NCBI RefSeq assembly: GCF_037042905.1
Contig: NC_087245.1
Coordinates: forward strand, 3,040,001-3,104,000
Direction of reading: 5' to 3'
From: Lytechinus pictus
Taxonomy: Eukaryota
DNA length: 64,000 bases
Shown here: one piece after another, positions 13,001-25,000 of the stretch
Position numbering within the stretch: position 1 is the first letter of the stretch
Layout: the number at the start of each line of letters is the position of its first letter
The notes under the pieces: generated by a model
The model's input: the letters and a program-made list of their open reading frames with translations, nothing else
Told to the model about the DNA's origin: nothing
Databases searched by the model: none
Made by a program: the position numbers and the translations under genes

Positions 13001-16000
13001 ATTTTTCACCGTGAAATTCTGGGTGGTAATTGGACACAAAAACAGGATGACTCAGGCCTAAACCCCTTCAGTATAAGTGGAGACAAGTCAGCCAATGTAG
13101 TTCACAGTGGAACAACAGATGGTACAGAGACTGATGCTTTCAGTCTATTCAGTCAGTTTATACATACCCCCGGTACATGCTTTTTATGTCCATCAACGTT
13201 TTCTTTGTCTATAAAGCTCCAAATAAGATCAGTCAGTGGGATAAATAAGCAATATATTATCTGTACACTACATGTACATCAATATTCTGTTCTTGGATTT
13301 ATGTCAGAGCATCTGTGTAGCTTGTTCTAAAAATTAGTACAATCAATATGTCTTTCAATGATTAATGCTAAAATTGTTTTTATGCTTGTCTTGTTTTACA
13401 GCTATGTTCTGTGGTATGCCATACAAACCAGCAAGCTACTGTTGAGCTATCAGACTCTAACATGGACACAATTTTGCAGCACAATGATATTGTCTTTGTC
13501 AACTTTTATGCCAATTGGTAAGATCATTTTTTAAAACAAAATAACATTTCAACTCTGTAGGCTTAACATTGTTATACACTTTGAACGAATCCCATTCTCC
13601 ATCCACCCTCTTTCTTAGGCTGCGTTTATGCGACCTCAAGCCAGGATCACGATTCAAAATACAAACATGAATCACAATACCACAGAATCAGCGTTTAGTT
13701 GACCTTCATTCCAATGCTGTTTCTCTTGGATTCGGGCCGATCATAGTACACGTTCCATGGGCCGATTCATTGCGGATACAGTGCGCAGTTTGACAGAGGA
13801 AGGTCAGCTTTTTCGCACGTGTTTCGGCTCTCAAAAAAATCAATCTTTTGCTTCCAGAATTCAGTCTATTATACTTCACTTTGTTTACTTCTATTCATCT
13901 TGTTGGTTTATCGAAAATGGTGTTCAGAAGATCCAATTTGATATTGACACTCTTAACTCAACAAAAACTGAGATTATTGTCTGTCCAGTTCAGTACTAGA
14001 ACATGAAGTTGAAGACATGACAAAAAAAAAGCAGTGGACGGTTCGATGACAAACACAGAACTTGAAGATAAATGCATGTGACAAGAAATGCATGCATACA
14101 TGTAGCACATGTACATACACTGAGCTTAGTTCACGCCTTGAGCTTGGCAATCAGTCAAACCAAAAGTAGCCCAACATAACGTCATAGAATCATGATTCAA
14201 ATCACGATTGCATTTATAGATGTACATGTACGACCTTTTTCGTTCGTGATTCCACAGAAACGTCTTGCCAAAGGCCCCTTTTTCCGTGTTTCATGTTTGT
14301 GATTTGAAAGACGTTTATTTTCACTTTTGACTACCCGGTAAACGCAATTGTGATTCTGCAGAATCATGATTTGAATCATAATTCTAGGGTAAAAAAGTGG
14401 AGCATAAACGCATCCTTAGTTGATTATTTCATCTGCATGCCAATATTACTGTAGGAGAAGAAGTTTGATTATGCACTTACTACTAATTGGACACATCAAA
14501 GAATTAATACTACGCCAGGCTCTGCAATCTGATATGAGAGTTTGTAAATCATGAAACAAATTATTTGTATCCCTATATATGAAATCAACAAAATTTAAAG
14601 GACTCCATCCTCTGGTTTTATGAGGAAGGCGCAACAAAAGTAAATCAGAAATAACTTCCTTCTCACTACGGAAACAGTTACCAGCAAATCTTCATCTCTG
14701 TATAATTACGGTGTTAGAGATAGGCAGAAGATTTCCATAGATTTAAACTTTTGTTTTGTGATTTCTCCAACTAATGTTTTGTATGCTCATTTTAAGTCAT
14801 ACATGTGTATGTGCCATCTAATCTATCTTTCAAGTACTTCTTCACAGTCCATATTTTTTAACCATACAAAATGATATTTTCTACACATGCCCTAAATGGA
14901 AAATTTGTTAATAGAAAAAATATTTCAATCCCAAATCAAATGCAGCTTACATGCATTCCATGCAAGAGCTTTTCTTGAAAGAAAGTCTGTTCTTTAACAC
15001 TTGATACTTAATAAATTCTGTGCATTCCCCCTGTCTAAAAAGAAAATTAGTCATTAGCCCTTTAAAGTATATTTTTAGCACCAATCCCATTCATTTGATC
15101 TGAAATATTAAAGTCTCCTATTGCATGGAAGTACATGCATTTTTGTCTCGCCTGCATAGCAGTGCGAGACTATAGGCGCCGTGGCGTCGCCAACATTGAA
15201 ATCTTAACCAAGGTTATTAAAGTTTTTGAAATGTCCTCATAACTTAGAAAGTGTGACCTAGTTCATGAAACTTGGACATAAGCGTAATCAAGTATTACTG
15301 AACATCCTGCCTGAGTTTCAGGTCACATGACCAAAGTCAAATGACATTTAGGGTCAGTGAACTTAGACCATGTTGGGGGAATAAATATCATATTTTTATA
15401 AAGTATACTGGAAAATGACCATATAGGATATCTACCGGTATCCATTCAAAATTATCTGCTTTTTTACCCTGACTGGTTGCTACATGTACATGGTTATCAT
15501 AAACAAGGCATGGTTTTACTTTTATCAGTCTGCTTTTTTATTATGTAGTTTGCAGGCATGCGCAAATCTCAGGTTCCTCAAAATGAGCTGGAGTGGTCTG
15601 AATGTTAGAACAGAAGATATGAATCTGAATTGATCATTTGATGTACATTATGGATGCTTCAATTATCCAAATCAGGGACAGCAAGTTGCCAGTTGTATCA
15701 GGCTCCTCCAAAGACCAACTTGTTGATTTTCATGTGTTACTGTTAAATAGTGTATGCAAACTGCATCCAATTAGCCATTTCTTATAGTGATCATGATGGT
15801 GAATAGTGATCATGATGGTGATAATAATGATAATGATGATGATGATAAATAATAATAATAAACAGAAATATGTTCATTTATAGTGCTCTTTATACAAAAT
15901 AACATTGTATTACAGCGCTTTACAAAATGATTTGGAGCACTGACAAAAAACGATATCAAATATTAATATTTTATACTACAGGTAAACATGTACTATATTG

Positions 16001-19000
16001 CAGTACATGTATATACTTTACTTTATGTATCAGAATTAAAAATTACACAAATAATACATTCTGGCTTTGAATGCATCAAAGTGCATGATGGAATCATATT
16101 ATTTCTACCGGTAGTCATTGACAACAGATGCATGTGCATGTGTTAATTATCATTAGTATATTCATCATCGGGAATATAGTACAGTCTCTTTTTATATCCT
16201 ATTGCTACAAATACTACTAGTAGTAGTAATTCATTTGTTTATCCTGACCTTGCATGCAAGTACATGTACATGTAGATTATTCCAGTATTTGAGATCATCA
16301 TGAATAATTAACAAGTAATTTTCTTCATGATGACAGCACATTTTCCCCATGCCAAGACTGAATAATGTGCATACATGTATTGTGTATTTGTGTAGTCGAT
16401 GTGCATCAATTACATACTGTATGACTTTATGTGTAGTTGGACAGTTTGCTATTGAAGTTATGAATTACATGAGGATTCTTATTCTCAAACATGAATTGTG
16501 AATCAAATTATTAAACTATTGGTATGATTGAATGTCTGATGTAAATAATGAATATCTAAATAGTACGCTATTCTGGTACAAACATGAAAATTGTTCTTTC
16601 AGTCTTACCTTGATACAGTCACTAAATAAACTGGGTATGTACAAATATATTGGCTTTGGACTTTAAATAATTAAGTATTTTTGGAAGATTCAATTCCAGG
16701 AAATACATGTACATGTACATGTACATCCTGTTTTATCATTTAGCTCTACATTAGGTAAAAAACAATGCAAGGAATATGTCGTATACTTTGAAATTGGGTG
16801 TTTCAAAGCCTTAAGCATTTAAATCCATAGTGCAAGGACAAAGGGGCACCACTCTGAAACCTTTCAGTTTTAATTCCTCTTGTATTTAATACGGATATAC
16901 AGTATTATAAAACGTGCATGTTAAGGACATGTTGCTTTTTAGTTTTGAAGGATTTGTCTGAATCACAACGTGGGGGAAATAGTGCCTACATGTATGATCA
17001 GTACCATCTGATTCATGTACTTCATAATCAGAATGATTTTACCCTTTCTTTTTTTTTAAATGAGAAATACAGAGCAGTAGGGGAGAGCGGGGCGAGTCAG
17101 CCCCATTTTCCCCCCACTCTTCTAGAGCCGTGCTTACTTTAGCAGGAAGGTCGTGTCTTATCAGTTATAAAAGGCCTAGGTAATATCTACCTAATATCCT
17201 ATTTTCATCGAGGACATACACACGGTTTTGGAAAAAAAAGGGTCGTAAAGAAAATCTTCGCTACAGGGCGAACCTGCCCCACCCGGGGCAAGTTGGCCAG
17301 ATGGGCGGGGCTAGTTCACCCATAACAAAACAGTGATATATTAAACTATTAAAACGATGTTTTCAAAGGTAACAAACATTTATTTAATAGTTATTAGTAG
17401 CCAACAAGAAACAAGATGAAGTTATAACACACATGTATTATGGGAACAAATGAATGAACACAGATAAATTGCAGGGCGTAGAAGAGTAGGCCCTAATATG
17501 CCTACTTGTAGTTTTGAAAGTCAAAAGGGGCCTAAGCTTTCGATCCTAGCAGAATCTTTGTCGGAGGCAAAATGACAAACATAAAGTGGAACAACCATAA
17601 TATGGACCACAGACAAGCTACAGCAACACTAGAAACAAGGAGACAAAAGGGGCATTAGTGAGTAGAGAAGACCAATCAGGTTAACTGTGGAAGGAAAGTA
17701 AATAAGAAAACACTAAACTACAAATACAGAAAAATCAAACATATATGGATAAAACAAGACAAATTAGATAAGGAGGATCACATGGGAGTGCTTGTAATTT
17801 TATCTTCAACAAGAAGTTTTCCGGAGGTAGAAGAAGCTTTTTTACCCATCAACGCAGTGAAAGCAACTAGTTTGATTTCAGTGCTACTAATTAATTAGCA
17901 CTAATTATTAAATGCTCCTACCAACCTTAACGTAGAAGCATTGTTTTTCCACCCCCAAAAAGTAATATATGGTCAATTCCAGCCAAAAGTTGCATTTTTC
18001 CATTTTTTAAAGTTTCTTTTCTGAGCAATTTTGTTTATACTGTTTATAAGTATACAGTTTAAGGTTTACAAAAGCACATTTATATTTACTATACCCTGAT
18101 TCATTCATAAAATACACAATGTGCACTCTGTTGCACTTTGGTACTAAGATTTCATAGAAAGTGTACAACTTTCACCCATCTCTGGCTCCTGGCATGCAAA
18201 GGGTGCTGATGAAAAATTCCACTGTCCATGTGACCTCCAAGCAGTAATTTACCATTACCTGTATTGTTTTACATGCTGCAGTGAAACGGCGAGGCACAAA
18301 ATACATTGCAATGTGTGAATGTTCGATGTCCCATAAGTCACAGTTTTGAGCATTAAGTTTACCTCATATGCTGCCATTGACTCCTGCAGACAAGCATTGG
18401 ACTTTTTTATCTACTACAGTACATGCATGCATCAACAAATCAAGCTGCATCTGCATTGGACTTGAAATAGCTCTACTGGGGGGACATACATTTAAGTCCC
18501 ATAAGTCACAAGTCCCATAAGTCACATATACAGTTCGTAAACCATGCCACCTTAAAGCTGTCCATGACAGCAAAGAGAGAGACAAGAATGCTTAAAAGCT
18601 GGAGGGTAGTCTGCTGACTGTCAGAAAAAACAGTCAGAATATCATAGGCAGTGCATGGGAACAAAAAAAACTTGCAATGTGTGCACAGCCCAGAAAGAAG
18701 GAGAAAACTGAATATGAGATATCTCGCTAAAATGCAAAGCTGAATACAGGTGAATTGGGTTTGTTTCACCCTAGCTTTTATTCATTTTTTAGGTCCAGAT
18801 CACTCTCTTGGTTTTCTTGTCCCTTGAAGTATGCATCCACTGTTTTACATATGATGTGAACTTGGTATATAGTCCCATGGAAACTCGACCTATTGCAATG
18901 TCCCATCAGTCACAAATTTTGTAGTTGAGGGACCCTCTGGATCCTGTCAAAATAAAAGCACCAGTCTTCAGATGCATAAGGCTACCATGAACAGAGCTGT

Positions 19001-22000
19001 TAAAAAGGCACATACAGCACTCCCTACCAGCCCCTGTAAATGCCAAAAAGTTGTTCAGAAGCTTGCCATCAAGTTTTCTCAGAATCATTCCTGCCGCCTG
19101 TCAATAGTAAGGAACATGCGCATATAGAGTACCGAAGTGTGACATGGTGACATCACGATTTCATGACATCGAATCGGCCGGTTCTAAACTGAGTCGCAGC
19201 TGCACAATCGTCTATACACATCTGTATTTGCAAAAATGGTGATGTGTGTTGTCCCTGGTTGTTACCATCATTCTGAGAGTCGTAACAGGGCACCGTTTCA
19301 TAAAGCTATTTATAACTTAAGAGCGACTTTAAGAACGACTGGTGATCCTTGTGGTGAATGTTATCATAAATTGGCAATGTTTTAGCGTGTATAAAGAAAG
19401 GATCACCAGTCGTTCTTAAAGTTGCTCCTAACTTACGAACAGATTTATGAAACGGCCCCCAGGTTCTTTTAGAACCAGGCCGCCATGACACCATGGCAAC
19501 TGACGTCATTGCTTCGGTACTCTATAAATGATGATGTCCTTACAGGCATTCTGAATTTCTATGAAAGAGATGACATATCAACCCAAGCAGCTCGCAAAAA
19601 AGAATTTGTGATAGGGTTCACATGCACCCCATGACATATTTTTAACCATTTTTTTTGTATTGCCTGAAGTGTATAGTTAATGAATCTTGTTCCCTTTGCC
19701 AAACCGTGTTCCATGGGGTTCCAAATAGGCAATTTTTGGCGGCCATCTTGGATTTTCATGAAAATCAATCAATTTTCATATTTTTTGCACAGACAATGGT
19801 AAAATCTTCCATGTAAATGAATACGCTTTTTACTATACAAGTATAGACAGTAGAAATCGATTGCAATCGTTTTCTAGACAGTCCAGTTAATAATTTTTTA
19901 AAAAGGTAAGAATTTATGCCAACATTTTCATGTTTTTTGTCAAAAATTTGCATGTGCACTGATATCTGTTTTATCATAAACATCAACAATTAATGAAAAA
20001 TATCAGCATTCGACACGAAAGAGAATATGTTAACGAGAATATTGATATACTTCATGGCAGTATTAATGTGTTAATTTGCTTATATGTAACACACTGAAAA
20101 GGTAACTTTCTTACCATACTGTACGAGACGGATAGAGAAAAGCAACATTTATTTGTCCCATCTGTAACAAATATGTCCTATCATTATGTCCCATCAGTCA
20201 CAACGGAAAGTGTGTACATTCTTATTCTAATTGTTCATTGTTCATCTCTTTGCTAAATATTTATGATTGTAATTGTTTATTGATTATTTTGTACTTATTT
20301 GATTACAGTTTTTAAAGCCTGCTGACAAGTTAAGAAGCTTTTTTTTTGGGGGGGGGGTTAATGTTCCCTTTATATACATGAAGTGCATGAAAAGATGTTT
20401 CTGCCCTTTGTTGAATTTATTTCTGACACAATGGCATGAATTATTAAAGGTGTCATCTAATTAGGGAATATTTTTTTATGCTGAAATTAAGTTTGACTTA
20501 AAAAGTCATTGAGAGGAAATGTAAATTCCATGAAATGAGATAGGGTCCCATCAGTCACATTCACTTGTCCCATAAGTCACACACGATTGTACACAACTAC
20601 TGAAACAAATGAAATGAATCAAGTCCAATTCAAGTACTGTTAGTGAGCCCTATCACTGGTTAATCTCCAAGCCCAAATCTAAAAACATTGTCATAAAACT
20701 GAGATAGTTATGGCACTTTGAACAAAAGAGCTCAATTTGTGTGGTCCATCGACGTCCCATAAGTCACAGTGACATTTCTGAAGATCTAGCACCCTATGCA
20801 ACCAAGCTGAAAGCATACATTTTTGTATATAGTAAGTTTCAACATTCTTCTTATAGTTTAATAAAGTAAATCCATGTTTGTGCAGCTACTATTCCAGATA
20901 TGCACTTCAGTTATGTGGAAAAAAGTATCAAATGTCCCATAAGTCACAATGGAATTGACCATATATATATATATACTGAATTATATTTATAAAGTTTGAG
21001 GTACTTTAAAAAAAGCACATACGGTAGATCGTTTGTTAATGGGAGTGCTGGCTTTAAACTTCATGAATATGACCGCAGAAATATTTGATCATAAACCAAA
21101 AAGTTTGAGAAGCTTGTTGAGGTTAATGACAAAAAAATTCTCATAAAAAATATCTCATCCAACTTAAAGTGAAAATGTTGTGACAAATTCTTTATTCTGG
21201 CGTTCATCCTTAAATGCTATAGTCTGTGACTGGTATATAATTAATCTGAATCTGATGGATCACAAATATGACACAAGTATGATCGAGCTCCTTCAATACC
21301 TGTGCATTCTTCATGTGACCAAAAGTGGCATTGGACGCACTCGACCCACTTTTCTCGTGATCTGCTGTTTGACCATGGACCTAGACAGACAAGACACAAC
21401 GCATCATCATCTACTGAAGAGCTAGACTGACACACCTGCTGCTTTCTTCCCCTTTTCCCACTCTTTGTGTTGCTTGTTAACTTTCCCTTCTTCTTGAAGA
21501 GTTTCTTCTTAGTGCTCCTGTCAACCTTGCGGGGTTTTGACATCTGCTCTGCTTCCAAAGCATCTTTTACGGGAGTTTTTTTAGGATGGCAGACTTCCTC
21601 TTCTTCCTGCGTCTTGTTGTTTGTTTGCGTGGAGGTGCATTGGGGTAGGGAACCACAATTTCTGGCGAGAATTCGCGACTGGTACATTTGACGAGAGGAG
21701 TGTTGGATGACTGATGGATATCATCGCTTCAAGGACATCACCATCTGGGATAAGGGCATTGTAGTGAGACCCATTTCCTTCCCCTGTGAGGACAAGCGAG
21801 ATTGTCAACTTAGATGAAACATTCTCGCGACCAGGGGGGTGCTTGCTTACAGTGTAACTCCCATCAATCTGTGCCTTCTTATATATGATAACAGTGATAT
21901 GCAGAGCATTGCATAATGCAGGAATCAAAATGTCACATGTCTCCGTGTTGTACACTCTTTTGAAGATGTATTTGCACAACTCACTGACAATATCTTGGGA

Positions 22001-25000
22001 TTCAACCGCAAAGTTCTCGTAATATGCCTTGTTGTACACGACCTCACTGAACATGGACTCAGAAATTCCATTCTCTGTGATTTTCAGACCCTTATCTTTG
22101 AGTGCGGCAGTGACGGCATGAAGGAGACAATGACCATCTCCTGCAAATTCAACTACTTTGCCACATAGTTCTACGATTGGTCCAAACTCTACTGGCTCTT
22201 GTTGATCTGATTCACAATGCTCACTGTTTGGCATACATTTGGCATCGAAGGTAATGGTGATGTTGATCTGCTAAAAGATTGTACTGCTGGTATTTCATCT
22301 GAGCTCGATGTGCTGGGAGTAGATTCGGTTGCTGTTGGGTCAGGTCTGTCCATCACTGTTGACGGGGCAAAGTCCTTCTCCTTGAAAACATCTAAGTTGA
22401 ACGGCATGATACCAGATTTGATGAATCCCTGAGTGATGTTCCGCTGTGTGAGCGTGTCTTTCCATATCCCTCCGACGATTCCGGCAATGTCATACAACGT
22501 CATACCTTTCCCCGGGTTGTTCCTCATCCAGCTGGCCTGGGCCACAGCTGCTCGTCTCTCCGTTTCGTCCACGTTCCTTACATTGTGTGCCTGAAATTCA
22601 TGCCTTTCAAGAACACTGTGAAGTGTCTTTTAAAAATGTTCGACATTGGTCTTGTTGAAAGCTGTTGCCCTTCCGATGCTGGTAGATTCAGGTTGTCTGA
22701 TCGACAGCGTGTTATTCCTCTTCAAAAAACCTGTAAACCAGTCCCTTCCAACATATCCTTGTTCAGACCATGACTCAGGGACCAGGATGTCGAATGCCGT
22801 AGCACATTCGTACGCTAGGCACCTCACTTCATACGGAGACAGTCCAAGAAGATGTCGGCTGCCCCTTACCTTTTAAGTAGTCCGCCATCTTCTGTTCTTG
22901 TATCTCGGTAAATACTGTCTGTCGGGCATATCCAAAATTGACTTTCTCAGATGACCGCCCTCTCCGGCAAGCGTTTAACTTTCTTGATATTGTTCCTCAA
23001 TGTTGTTCGAGGTATTTGAAATATATCGGAGGTCTTTCTGGTGCCATCCTCCGTTGACAGATAATGATCTACTGCTAGACTCATTACATGTTGCGGAACG
23101 CGTGGCGCGGTCAGTTTTCCGTTGGTAATTTTGTACCATTCTGCAAACATATGAAAAGAAACAGGCATTTTCAGTAATGGGTTTTTAATTAAACAAAAGA
23201 ACTTACTAAAATTGGATAGACAAACCTGACATCTACCATCTTTTCTGACACTGACAATATATGAAATTATTCTTCAATAACATTTAATAAACTAGCAACA
23301 AACATATGAATTCGTTTTTACCAATGCTAATGATTATGTAAAGAAATAAACTCAAAGTCATGTTTTTCGTCCAGAAAGAGTACACAAACATTCAGTAAAT
23401 CGCTAGGCACCAAATAAAAAAATCAAAAAAAAAAATTCTGTGGACAATTTTTTCTCATGAGCTTTGATGAGCCCTAAAAAATTGCATATTCACTTAAAAA
23501 TGAGATGAAAAACTGAAATTCTGTAATAAATTAGGGTTTTCACATGAGATTCTGTGTGTTTCAAATGTATTTTAACTTTATTAAGTGAAATCTGAAGGAT
23601 GAATGTCAAATTTCCAAAAACAAATGCATATGGGTAGAAATAGCCATACTGAGTGGGGTGAGTTCGCCCACCTGTGGGGCAAGCCTGCCCCCCGGGCGAA
23701 CCTGCCCCGTTGCAAAGTAGGCGAACTCGCCCCACGGGCAGCCATTTTCTTTTCTCTTCTACGCAAAATGTATCAACGGCATATTTCAGTAGCTAAATAT
23801 CACACCTTTCGAACAACAAAACTTACTAAAACTGCATTTATAAGTGCCCATAGGGGGGAAAAAATCTGACATTTTTTTTTTTACTTACGTGGCCTCGAAA
23901 TGTATAATTCGTTGTAAGTTTCTCAGATTCCAAGCTTGTGAGCTCTCGTCAACGTGTGTTGTTACTTATGGATAGGTTGTCATTACATAAGCAAAACTTA
24001 TATCCAATCACAGCAAAGGGGTAAATCACATGGTGGGCGGACTCGCCCTGAGGGCCAACTCGCCCTGCTCTCCCCTATGCTATGCAATACGTGTGTGTGA
24101 TTATTTCACTGACATGTCCTAATTGTAAGGCTCTACATTGCATGAAGTGAGATAAAGAGGGGGATACACTTGTAATATCTTTACATGTAGGTAGCTTGCC
24201 CTAAAATGGCCTTCATTAGTTTCAGAAGAGCCTCTGTAATAATTTGTTCATTATTGTGCTTAACTTGGCCATATCTTGTAAACAGGTAAATCATGAGAGT
24301 CCTTGAACAGCTTCATCCATTTTCACTGATTGAAACTGTACAGCTGTGCTCAGGGATGTTTATTTAGTGGTAAATGTGCAAACATGCCTTTGCAAGATTT
24401 AATTGATTTTTTGGGGCATACGTGTATACTACATTGAATTACATGATTTTTCTTTACAGAGTCAAGATTAAATGAAGGCATCATAGTACACGTACTGTGT
24501 ACTTATTCTCTCTTGAGTCTAGTTTATGTATTATGATATTGCAATATTAATTAACACTGTAGTAATTATGATATACAGTAATACATGTAAAGACACATTT
24601 TATAGAAGTAAATGACAGTTTACAGTTATTAACACTTTTAAACATAAGTTTGTTCAAACTTTAATATCTTACACTGTATTTGTCTGAAAAGTCTAAACAC
24701 AGCAAACCTATTGCCTTTACCTGTAGCTGTACAGCTGTTACAGGTGCAATACGGTATTTAAACTTCATGAAATACACTTAAAAATTGTATTCAAATAAAA
24801 TACATGTAGGTCACTCACATTGTAAATTTCAGTGTTCCATAAAGCAGTTCATGGAGCAACACACAATTTTTCAACTTGAACAACTTCTCAGACAGTTAAC
24901 TATGTACAATCATTAATGTATTCATCGTAATAATGAATTGAATGATTTCAAATACAGCACACTTCAAAGATACATACAGTAGATTTTTTGTAAGGTTCAG

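Larger units (their letters stand above)
17971..20960. mobile_element. 3-kb non-autonomous TIR element (Sola-like, 4-bp TSD) nested in the pogo element
   Basis: ATAT|GGTCAATTCCA ... TGGAATTGACC|ATAT; about nine dispersed GTCCCAT(A/C)AGTCACA repeats; no recognisable ORF. Confidence 0.8.
17080..24075 (-). mobile_element. pogo-type (IS630-Tc1-mariner) DNA transposon, ~7 kb including nested insertions, antisense in ERp44 intron 2
   Basis: TA|GGGGAGAGCGGGGCGAGTCAGCCC ... GGGCCAACTCGCCCTGCTCTCCCC|TA (24-bp TIR, 21/24 match, TA TSD). Palindromic GGGCRA..GCCC subterminal repeats at 17265-17320, 23655-23735 and 24035. Contains a transposase pseudogene. Confidence 0.9.

Noticed and set aside
18320..20950. 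CRISPR-like array from recurring GTCCCATAAGTCACA
   Set aside because: Spacing is irregular, the context is eukaryotic and the repeats lie within a TIR element; no cas genes.
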